Origin: Eledone cirrhosa
Taxonomy: Eukaryota
Direction: 5' to 3'
DNA length: 64,000 nt
NCBI GenBank assembly: GCA_964016885.1
Contig: OZ024757.1
Span: forward strand, 20,894,001 to 20,958,000
Positions within the stretch are counted from its first letter, which is position 1; every line of letters starts with the position of its first letter. The notes beneath the pieces were generated by a model. The model did not search any database, had not been told where the DNA came from, and saw only the letters and a program-made list of their open reading frames with translations. Shown one piece after another: positions 54,074-64,000 of the stretch. The position numbers and the translations under genes were made by a program.

Positions 54074-54650
54074 ATCAAAAGATGGTTAAAAGAGTTCCAT
54101 GTATTTTATTATGCGCATTTCAAAAACAAATATCATCATGCGATGACATTTGCGTTTTCGTCAGATAAAATACGGAGACATGATATGAAGGTTAAACAAC
54201 ACTTGTGAATAGTGGCAGTTTTAAATCAACATATGAAAAGTAGTTTAAGATTGATGTGTGATATTGGGAAAAAAAAATGAGGGGTGGGGGTGGGGGTGGG
54301 GGTGGAAAGGATGAAAAGGAGGAGGAGATGAGAGTAAAGAATCTCCTCCTCTTTTTTTTTCCCAATATCACACATCAATCTTAAACTACTTTTCATTTAT
54401 TGATTTAAAACTGCACTATTCACAAGTATTTTTTAACCTTCATATCATGTCTCTGTATTTTATCTGACAAAAACGCAAATGTCATCGCATGATGATATTT
54501 GTTTTTGAAATGCACATAATAAAATGCATGGAACTCTTTTAACTATCATTTGTTCTTATATATTATTTATACTCCAGTCCTACAAACTGTAGAGTGCTAC
54601 TTATCCGATATCTGCATTGCTTTATTGTACTACAATAAAACTCACCTCCT
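54071..54650. mobile_element. Fold-back element (family K), ~210-bp arms plus tail
   Basis: 54071-54283 is inverted at 54346-54558; plus-arm ribozyme 54455-54527 has CTGACAA. Confidence 0.8.
54101..54173 (-). ncRNA. Hammerhead ribozyme (family K)
   Basis: Minus strand: GUAUUUUAU-CUGACGA-AAAC GCAAAUGUCAUC GCAU GAUGAUAUUUGU UUUU-GAAA-UGCGCA-UA-AUAAAAUAC. Confidence 0.88.
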
Positions 54651-54739
54651 ACATATATATATATATATATATATATACCAAACCCATGCTAGCGTGGAAG
54701 ATGAACATTAAACAAAGATGATGATGATGATGATGATGA

Positions 54740-55290
54740 TACAGCATAGTCGAAGCTCGAGCCGCAGCTAAGCCAACGAATGCCTTCAGCAGTGCAGCCA
54801 AGCACTCGACAAGGTATAGGACCTTAGAGTAATAACATACCGTTTAAAGGGCTTTGCAAATTGAAGATAGCGACCGGTAATTCAGCCGCGGGGCCCGTAG
54901 CAACGAAAGAACTGACTCGGGAGAAAAAATACATACTGGCGTCACGCAGTAATACAGGGTACCCGACCTCCCATGGGTACATGCTGAAGCATATAAACAA
55001 TATGCCCCCACTCCCCCCACCGCAAGGTGGTCGTGGAGGTGCCACGGCAAAAAAAGCACCCAGCCCACACTGTAAAGTGGACGTGTAGGCGCCACGAAAA
55101 AGCACCCAGCACTCACTGTAAATGAGGTTGGTGTTAGGAAGGGCATCCAGCTGTAGAAATCAAGCCAGATCAGTTCCCGTATGAGCAAGGCATGGTCAGC
55201 CGACCAGACACTGCCCACAACTGGACAACCCGTCTAACCCATGCTAGCGTGGAAGAACGGACGTAAAACGGTGATGATGATGATGATGAT
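54740..55290 (+). mobile_element. RTE-type LINE 3' region
   Basis: Shares gctgaagcatata.acaatatgcccc...gatgatg with 6857-7110; 5' part repeated at 30665-30860. Confidence 0.7.
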
Positions 55291-55312
55291 TATATATATA
55301 TATATATATATA

Positions 55313-55875
55313 ACGAAGGAAATGTGGTAAGGAACCAGGTGGACCATAACGCACCAAAGTACTCAATACTTAGGGTAGTAGAGTGGGTAATAGGAACAAG
55401 TAAGACCCCGACGGCTGAGCTCAAGCCGTTTCGACGGCTAATTCTGGACTGAATGAAAATTTATTCTGGTATTTAAATAGCCGAGCTTATCAAGGGGTTA
55501 TTTTTTTTTTTCATTCTCAGTACTTTTTATAGTTTTACCCCTCATTGTTTTACTTACCGTTTCGACTTCCTCCCCCTCCCCAGTATCCTCTTTGACCTCA
55601 CGTCCAGCTGTAGCCGGCACTACCAACGCATGAATGGGTCTACTCCACCCCCTCTCCCCTACCGGCAGGTTTAGCTACCCCTTCCCCCACTAATTTGCCA
55701 TTACAGATTTACTACTAACTTGTGATGTGACCAATCCTGGTGATTATCTCTTTGACCATATATGGAATTACCCCTTGATAAGCTCGGCTATTTAAATACC
55801 AGAATAAATTTTCATTCAGTCCAGAATTAGCCGTCGAAACGGCTTGAGCTCAGCCGTCGGGGTCTTACTTGTTCT
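55313..55875. mobile_element. Fold-back element (family C)
   Basis: Arms 55394-55500 and 55768-55874; tail homologous to 9810-9892. Confidence 0.8.
55770..55863 (+). ncRNA. Hammerhead with U3-A8 core (family C); identical inverted copy at 55405-55498 (-)
   Basis: ACCCC-UUGAUAA-GCUCGGCUA...UAGCCGUC-GAAA-CGGCU UGAGCUC AGCCG-UC-GGGGU. Confidence 0.75.
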
Positions 55876-56278
55876 TATATATATATATATATATATATAT
55901 ACGCTGTAAATGAGGTTGGTGTTAGGAAGGGCATCCAGCTGTAAAAATCAAGCCAGAATCAGTTCCCGTATGAGCAAGACAAGGTCAGCCGACCGGACAC
56001 TGCCCACAACAGGACAACCCGTCTAACCCATGATAGCGTGGAAGAACAGGCGTAAAACGGTGAGGATGATGGTGATGATGATATATATATATATATATAT
56101 ATATGATGTGTGAGAGTGTATGTATGTATATGTATACACATATATACATACACACACCCATATATTATATTTATATAATATATGGGTGTGTGTATATATG
56201 CATAGTTGATGTCTTTTGCATGTGCATTGTTGAAAGGAAGGGCTGAAAAATAGGGGAGAGGAGGTAGGTGTTTAAATT

Positions 56279-56313
<35 letters not shown>

Positions 56314-56394
56314 AGAGGGGGGAACTACATCATGTGTAAACGAGACAGGTAAGATTTCTTGAGCTTTTTATTCTCTGTAATTGAATACCTATTG

Positions 56395-56400
56395 TAGTAA

Positions 56401-56431
<31 letters not shown>

Positions 56432-56525
56432 GGTGGTGGTGGTGGTAGTAGTAGTAGTGGTGGTGGTGGTAGTAGTAGTAGTGGTGGCGGTGGTAGTAGT
56501 AGTAGTGGTGGCGGTGGTAGTAGTA

Positions 56526-56556
<31 letters not shown>

Positions 56557-56690
56557 CAGTAGTAGTAATAGTAGTAATAGTAGTAGTAGTGGTAGTAGTA
56601 GTAGCAATAGTACTAGTCGTAGTAGTAGTAGTAGTAGTAGTAGCAGCAACAGTAGTAGTAGCAGCAGCAGTAGTAGTAGTAGTAGTAGCT
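56395..56690. repeat. (AGT/GGT)n array
   Basis: Direct reading. Confidence 0.95.
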
Positions 56691-56715
56691 ATAGCTTTAG
56701 AACCAGCAGTAAACA

Positions 56716-56896
56716 ATAATAATTGTTTCCACTTATGGCACAAGGCCAGCAATTACCCCAGTGCATTACAGGTACTTTATTTTATCGACCCCGTAAGGAT
56801 GAAAGGCAAAGTTAACCTCGGCGGGATTTGAACTCAGATCGTAAAGGGACATAACTACGCTGGAAAGCATGGCGTCCGACCCTCTACCGATACTGC
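56716..56896 (-). mobile_element. Meta-type SINE
   Basis: Body match to family 2. Confidence 0.8.
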
Positions 56897-56924
56897 GAAG
56901 GCACAAAGCCAGCAATTTGGGCTG

Positions 56925-57195
56925 AGGTTTGTGGCCTAGTGGTGAGGGTATGGGAGAAATGGTGACAATGTCAGGGGTTCAATTCCTGGACTTGGTTGTG
57001 TACTTGAGCAAAACACTTCATTTCCCCATTGCTCCAGTATACTCAGCTGAAAACGAGTACCAGCAATAACTGGGGTCTTAAGCCTAAAATAGACTGGCGT
57101 CCTGTCCAGGGGGAAGTCTTGTACTCTCAGTGAACACCATGGAAATTTGAATAAGCACCGTCCTGATGAGAGCCACGAGGCACAAGTCAGACTTT
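56925..57195 (+). mobile_element. Nin/Deu-domain-like tRNA SINE
   Basis: gtggcctagtggt A box, ggttcaattcc B box, gactggcgtcctgtccaggggg block. Confidence 0.7.
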
Positions 57196-57634
57196 AGACC
57201 AACAATTTGGGGGAAGGGGACTACATCAAGCCCACCACCATCGCCAAAAACAACAACAACAACAACAACAACAACAGCATAATAATCATTAGTGAATGTT
57301 CCTCTAAAACTTAAGTTGTAACATCTTAAAATCTTATTTCTTCTCCTCGCCTTCCCCATGTCGGACATGTTGAAAAACATTTCTAAACATCGCAACATGT
57401 GATCAGTCTCTCAGTCTCTCTCTCTCTCTCCTCTCTGTATGTTTCTCTCTTTCCCTTTGTATGTCTGTCTGTATGTCTCCTTCTCTGTCTCTCCCCCCCC
57501 CTCTCTAACACAGAAACTCTCTCTCAACACACACTCACACAATATATAACATCAACACTACGCCTCACTGCTTACAACGCAGGAGGGAAATAGATGGGGC
57601 GGGGGCCAGGTGATTCCTTTTGAGGTAAAGTAAA

Positions 57635-58205
57635 GTGGTAGTGTGTTGAGGTGTGGTGTGGTGTAGTGTGGTGTGGTGTAGTGTGTTGAGGTGTGGTGTG
57701 GTATGGTGTAGTGTGGTGTGTTGAGGTGTAGTGTGGTGTGTTGAGGTGTAGTGTGGTGTGGTGTAGTGTGGTGTGGTGTAGTGTGGTGTGGTGTAGTGTG
57801 GTGTGGTGTGGTGTAATGTGGTGTGGTGTAATGTAGTATGGTGTAGTGTGGTGTAGTGTGGTGTGGTGTGGTGTAGTGTGGTGTGGTGTAGTATAGTGTG
57901 GTGTAGTATAGTGTGGTGTAGTGTAGTGTGTAGTGTGATTGAGTGTAGTGTGTAGTGTGATTGAGTGTAGTGTGATGTGGTGTAGTGTAGTGTAGTGTGA
58001 TGTGGTGTAGTGTAGTATAGTGTGGTGTGGTGTAGTGTGGTATGGTGTAGTGTGGTGTGGTGTGGTGTGGTCTGGTGTGGTCTGGTGTAGTGTAGTGTAG
58101 TGTAGTGTAGTGTAGTGTAGTGTAGTGTAGTGTAGTGTGGTGTAATGTGGTGTGGTGTAGTGTGGTGTAGTGTGGTGTAGTGTGGTGTGGTATGGTGTGG
58201 TGTAA
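57635..58205. repeat. (GTGTG/GTGTA)n pentamer array
   Basis: Direct reading. Confidence 0.95.
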
Positions 58206-58671
58206 TGCAGTGAAGTGCAGCAACGTGGAACCAGTGCAAAGGTTTGTTAGATACTGCATATGTCTGTCTAGTGATTAGTTTTGCAGAGAGAGAAGAGATG
58301 AAAGGAATCAATACTGCACCTTCACACACAGAGTCAAGAAACCTCACATCTGCCAACAAACACACACCTGCATACACACACAAACAAACACACCTATGCA
58401 CACACACACATACACATATACACACATGCACACACATACATACCTGCGCACACACATACACACAATGTTTTCTACCCAAGAAGAAAATACAGCAAGCATA
58501 AAGTAGCCAAAAACACACAACACAAAATACAGTTAAATAAAATTCAAATTGAAACCATGATAGAAAAAATCCTTCATAATAGAGGCCCTTTCAATTGAGA
58601 TCTTAGACCACACAGTATCCAAGGTATCAAAACAAGGTCTAAAATCTGTCTGGTGCCAGGGGCTCATTAGG

Positions 58672-59188
58672 CCACTGTTAATCCCAGTTTTTGTGGTGAC
58701 ATTAAGTAACTGACAGTACAAGATTCTCCCCTGGATAGGATGACAGTCCATCACAGGTTTATAGTCTGTCTCAAGCCCCGGGGTCTCATCACACCACTGT
58801 TAATTCCAGTTTTTGTGGTGACATTAAGTAACTGACAGTACAAGACTCTCCCCTGGATAGGATGACAGTCCATCACAGGTTTATAGTCTGTCTCAAGCCC
58901 CGGGGTCTCATCACACCACTGTTAATTCCAGTTTCTGTAGTGACATTAAGTAACTGACAGTACAAGGCTCTCCCCTGGATAGGATGACAGTCCATCACAG
59001 GTTTATAGTCTGTCTCAAGCCCCGGGGTCTCATCACACCACTGTTAATTCCAGTTTCTGTAGTGACATTAAGTAACTGACAGTACAAGGCTCTCCCCTGG
59101 ATAGGATGACAGTCCATCACAGGTTTATAGTCTGTCTCAAGCCCCGGGGTCTCATCACACCACTGTTAATTCCAGTTTCTGTGGTGAC
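58672..59188. repeat. 122-bp tandem repeat (~4 copies) derived from a Nin-type SINE segment
   Basis: tgacagtcca at 58741, 58863, 58985, 59107; unit contains ctcccctggataggatgacagtccatcacagg. Confidence 0.85.
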
Positions 59189-59189
59189 A

Positions 59190-59550
59190 ACTTTTCGGGG
59201 CCAATATAGCCCGACCTTTCACTGAGCCACGTGTGACTTGCAAACTGATATTCAAGATTAGGGAACACTTTTTCTATGAGATGGAATAATGATTCCACCA
59301 TCACGCCTATGGGACTTATATCAATAGCTCCCTTTCTATCTACAGGAAGTCTTCCGTACCCAAGCATTAACAGATTCTGTGCGAACTGCTTTGATTGCTT
59401 GTCTCCACCAAGATATGCCCTCATGTTTGTAGCGAGCTTCAAACCCTTGAAAGACGTCCAAAGAGTCAATTATTTCAAACAGGTTCAGATTTGATCAACC
59501 CTATCGCCTTTCGGACTGACTAGGAGAGTTTGTCTAAAATCTCCTTCTAC
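59190..59550 (-). mobile_element. Helitron PIF1-type helicase fragment (frameshifted)
   Basis: GDFRQTLLVSPKGDRVDQI...LW...LKLATNMR...FAQNLLMLGYG...LIEKVFPNL...WLSER. Confidence 0.8.
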
Positions 59551-60130
59551 TACTACTACCCTCACCATCATTACTATTAATACTACTACTACTACTACTA
59601 CTACTACAATCACCACTACCACTACTACCAGTACCATTACCATTACCACCACCACCACCATTACCACTACTACTACCACAATCACCACCACCACTCCCAT
59701 TACTACTACCACCATCACCACCACCACTCCCATTAGTACCAGTACCCTTACTACTACCACCATCACCACCACCACTACTACTACCACAATCACCACCACC
59801 ACCACCATTACTACCACCACCATTACCATTACTACTACCACCATCACCACCACCACCACCACCACCACTACTACCACAATCACCACCACCACCACCATTA
59901 CTACTACCACCATCACCATTACTACTACCACCATCACCATTACCATTACTATTACCACCACCACCACCACCACCATTACCATTACTACCACCACCATTAC
60001 CATTACAACTACCACCATCACCACCACCATTACCATTACTACTACCACCACCACCACCATTACCATTACTACCACCACAATCACCACCACCGTCACTACC
60101 ACCACTACTGCTAAGAACTACTACCACAGC
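59550..60130. repeat. (ACC/ACT/ATT)n array
   Basis: Direct reading. Confidence 0.95.
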
Positions 60131-60454
60131 CACTACGATAGATGATATAGAAAGAGAGTGAGAGAGTTTGGTAAAATATATAGAGAGGGAAAAAGATAGA
60201 TATATATATATAGAGAGAGGTATTGTGACAGTCATGGATTCTAATGATATTCAATATTAACGATATTGAAGTTGATTTATATGTCGTAACAATTACATTG
60301 ATAACTAACAACCCTTGGGACACAGATTTCAAAAAGGAAAACAGTTTTTTCTCTAGGATGTACAGTTTCAGAGCCTTCGCAAGACATACACATATACACA
60401 AATACACATATATACATTCTCATTTATAGTATATATACATATATATATATATAT

Positions 60455-60802
60455 CATCATCATTTTTTTTTTTTTTTTTTTTACGTCTGCTTTTCCCTGC
60501 TTGCAAGGGTGGGACGGGAACTGATTCTGGCTTGATTTCTACAGCTGGATGCCCTTCCTAACACCAACCTCATTTACAGTGAGTGCTGGGTGCTTTTTTT
60601 GCCGTGGCACCTCCACGTCCACTTTGTAGTGGAATGATATGGACCCCAGTCCCTATCATCTCATTTCTACAGCTGAGTAAACTGGAGCAATGTGAAATAA
60701 AGTGTCTTGCTCAAGGAAACAACACATCACCCGGTCTGAGAATTGAACTCACAACCTTTCGATTACAAAGCCAATGCTCTAACCACTAAGCTATGTGCCT
60801 CC
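60455..60802 (-). mobile_element. SINE family 1
   Basis: Full copy. Confidence 0.9.
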
Positions 60803-60825
60803 ATCAAAGATATATATATATATAT

Positions 60826-62394
60826 GATGATCTAACGCTCATAGCTGAATCAATGACCGAACTAGAGAAGAAATTCCAAACGTGGAAGCACGGCCTAGAA
60901 TCAAAAGGCCTTAAAATTAACCTGGCTAAGACTAAAGTTCTAGTTTGTAGGAAAGAAAATAAGGCGGCAGTCCCATCGGGGAAATGGCCATGCTCAGTGT
61001 GTAGGAAAGGCGTAGGTAGAAACTCCATTTTATGTCCCAAATGCAAAGTATGGGTGCATAAAAGATGTAGTGGGATCACAGGTAAGCTAACTAAGAACAT
61101 AGATTTTACATGTGGCCGGTGCTCTGGTGCAATAAGTAGCAGCAAGTGCCCACAAAATACTAGCTCCTTCAACTGCGCAGAGGGTTCTATAGAAATAGTG
61201 GACAGCTTCCGTTATCTGGGTGACAAAATCAGCAGTGGGGGAGGGTGCTCTGAAAGTACAGTAGCTAGAGTCAGAACTGGATGGAAAAAGTTCAGAGAGC
61301 TTATACCACTATTAGCCGCTAGAGGGTTCTCCCTAAAAATGAAAGGCAGGTTATACGATGCCTGCATACGAACAGCAATGCTGCATGGCAGTGAGACCTG
61401 GGCATTGTGTGCAGAGGATATACGCAGACTAGAGAGGAACGAAGCTTGCATGCTCCGCTGGATGTGCAATAGTAATATACGTGAACGGCAAAGCATAAAC
61501 GAACTAAGGAAAAAATTAGAAATAAGAGGGATCAGATGTTGTTTACTCGAGAGAAGGCTACGTTGGTACGGTCACGTGATGCGCATGAAAGACGACAGCT
61601 GTATAACAAAGTGCAGGGCAATAAAGATAGACGGTAGCCACGGAGTAGGCAGACCCAGAAAAACATGGGACGAGCTGATAAATTCCGACCTCACACGCTT
61701 ACACCTCTCCAAGACAATGTCACTGGACCGAGACCTTTGGCGGTACTCAGTAATAGAGAAGACCCGCCTTACCTAAATACAAAGTAAAAACCTACTACAG
61801 TCAGTAGACACCTCTATCAAAACACACCCCCGTCCCACCACCTCCACCCCACCCACACCACCCCTTTCAATGTAAAGTTATGTTGGTCCCACAACATCCA
61901 GGCCGAAACAAATGAGATCGTGTAGGTGTCACGACAAAAAACACACAGTCCACGCTGTAAATGTGGCCGTGTAGGCAACACGGTAAAAACCTCCCAGCCC
62001 CACACTGTAAATGTGGTTGGTGTTAGGAAGGGCATCCAGCTGTAGAAAACCCGCCAGACAGTCCACGCTGTAATGTGGCCGTGTAGGCAACACGGTAAAA
62101 ACCTCCCAGCCCCACACTGTAAATGTGGTTGGTGTTAGGAAGGGCATCCAACTGTAGAAAACCCGCCAGACAGTCCACGCTGTAATGTGGCCGTGTAGGC
62201 AACACGGTAAAAACCTCCCAGCCCCACACTGTAAATGTGGTTGGTGTTAGGAAGGGCATCCAACTGTAGAAAACCCGCCAGACAGTCCTATGCGAGCAAG
62301 ACAACCACTCTTGCCTCAAGTGGGAAAACCCCCGTCCAAACCCATGCAAGCGTGGAACACGGACGCTAAACCTGATGATGATGATGATGATGAT
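60826..62394 (+). mobile_element. 5'-truncated RTE-clade LINE: open ORF2 C-terminus (to 61776) with PHD-like Cys/His insert, 3' UTR with ~112-bp triplication, (ATG)n tail
   Basis: DDLTLIAES...GLKINLAKTKVL...CSVC...CPKCKVWVHKRC...CGRC...FRYLGD...RRLRWYGHVMR...GRPRKTW. Confidence 0.92.
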
Positions 62395-62427
62395 ATAAAT
62401 CCGTAGAACAAATATTTGTTAGTAGCA

Positions 62428-62474
62428 CAGAAGATCCGACTCTAAGGTGAAAACAGAAATTGTTTGTTTAAACT
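62428..62474 (+). ncRNA. Hammerhead with U4A core (family F), stem I 5' strand missing
   Basis: CAGAAGA-UCC GACUCUAA GGU-GAAA-ACA GAAAUUGUU UGU-UU-AAACU. Confidence 0.55.
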
Positions 62475-62491
62475 TTTAATCTGAGCTAATA

Positions 62492-62540
<49 letters not shown>

Positions 62541-63004
62541 GACATACACATTTATAAATATATACAAACACAGAAGAAACAAACTGCATCAAATGAAATT
62601 AAAACCTCTAAAAATAAAACATAGAAATTATTACAAACCAAATAATAAATAAAAACAACATAGCAAACATGTATTTAAATGAAACCATATGTAAAAACAA
62701 AAATAAAAATTAGTTGTCTGGCAGGTGAGGTGCAAACTTGTATGAGACCCCTGGCTAAACCCTTCACTGAGGCCCTTATGTCAAACTAATTATAATTTAC
62801 TAGTGAAAGGGGGAGCCTATATCCTCCCTTGTTTGCTACACACTATTCACCTTCTCTCTTTGTACTGAGATTCATTTAGCTATGATATAATATTTTAGTA
62901 GAAAAAAAAAAAATGTCCTTTAAAATATTGTGAGGAACCTAGCTACATCACAGCCAGCTTTCCCCCCACTTTAATCAGGGTATATATTATCTATGATAGC
63001 AACA

Positions 63005-64000
63005 AAAATAATTTGGTGCCTTTTAAATATTATTAGGGCCTTCCCTCTTTAACGTAGGTATAACATATTAATTATGATAACAATAAATATTTTGGTGCCT
63101 TTAAATATTATTAGGGCCTTCCCTCTTTAACGTATTAATTATGATAACAATAAATAATTTGGTGCCTTTTAAATATTATTAGGGCCTTCCCTCTTTAACG
63201 TAGGTATAACATATTAATTATGATAACAATAAATAATTTGGTGCCTTTTAAATATTATTAGGGCCTTCCCTCTTTAACGTAGGTATAACATATTAATTAT
63301 GATAACAATAAATATTTTGGTGCCTTTTAAATATTATTAGGGCCTTCCCTCTTTAACGTAGGTATAACATATTAATTATGATAACAATAAATATTTTGGT
63401 GCCTTTTAAATATTATTAGGGCCTTCCCTCTTTAACGTAGGTATAACATATTAATTATGATAACAATAAATATTTTGGTGCCTTTTAAATATTATTAGGG
63501 CCTTCCCTCTTTAACGTAGGTATAACATATTAATTATGATAACAATAAATATTTTGGTGCCTTTTAAATATTATTAGGGCCTTCCCTCTTTAACGTAGGT
63601 ATAACATATTAATTATGATAACAATAAATATTTTGGTGCCTTTTAAATATTATTAGGGCCTTCCCTCTTTAACGTAGGTATAACATATTAATTATGATAA
63701 CAATAAATATTTTGGTGCCTTTTAAATATTATTAGGGCCTTCCCTCTTTAACGTAGGTATAACATATTAATTATGATAACAATAAATATTTTGGTGCCTT
63801 TTAAATATTATTAGGGCCTTCCCTCTTTAACGTAGGTATAACATATTAATTATGATAACAATAAATATTTTGGTGCCTTTTAAATATTATTAGGGCCTTC
63901 CCTCTTTAACGTAGGTATAACATATTAATTATGATAACAATAAATATTTTGGTGCCTTTTAAATATTATTAGGGCCTTCCCTCTTTAACGTAGGTATAAC
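63005..64000. repeat. 79-bp tandem repeat, >12 copies, runs off the window
   Basis: aataaatatt recurs at 63781, 63860 and onward. Confidence 0.95.

Noticed and set aside
382-60235. Long low-complexity ORFs (poly-V, T, YI, HT, CW)
   Set aside because: Translations of di- and trinucleotide microsatellites, open in several frames at once.

Overview
AT-rich, microsatellite-saturated eukaryotic DNA. The repeat content (tRNA-derived SINEs with RTE-type (ATG)n tails, Meta-type and Nin-type SINEs, RTE and CR1 LINE fragments, Helitron and mariner remnants) points to an octopod cephalopod, which is an inference. Almost all ORF-track entries are simple-repeat artefacts. The only host coding sequence I can support is a 73-bp minus-strand exon (26255-26327) encoding part of the calponin-homology domain of a neuron navigator (NAV/UNC-53)-like protein, so much of the window is probably intron. 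There are many tandem arrays, including a ~7.7-kb 74-bp satellite. The main hidden signal is about 20 type-I hammerhead ribozyme motifs (complete, partial or decayed) from roughly 11 sequence families. Most sit in short fold-back (inverted-repeat) elements inserted in (TA)n tracts, consistent with extremely 5'-truncated Penelope-like element ends. They include non-canonical cores: U3-A8 compensatory pairs in two families, a U4A core in three copies of another, and a U4C core. At least five families share a downstream TACTC...GAGT(A/G)C hairpin.
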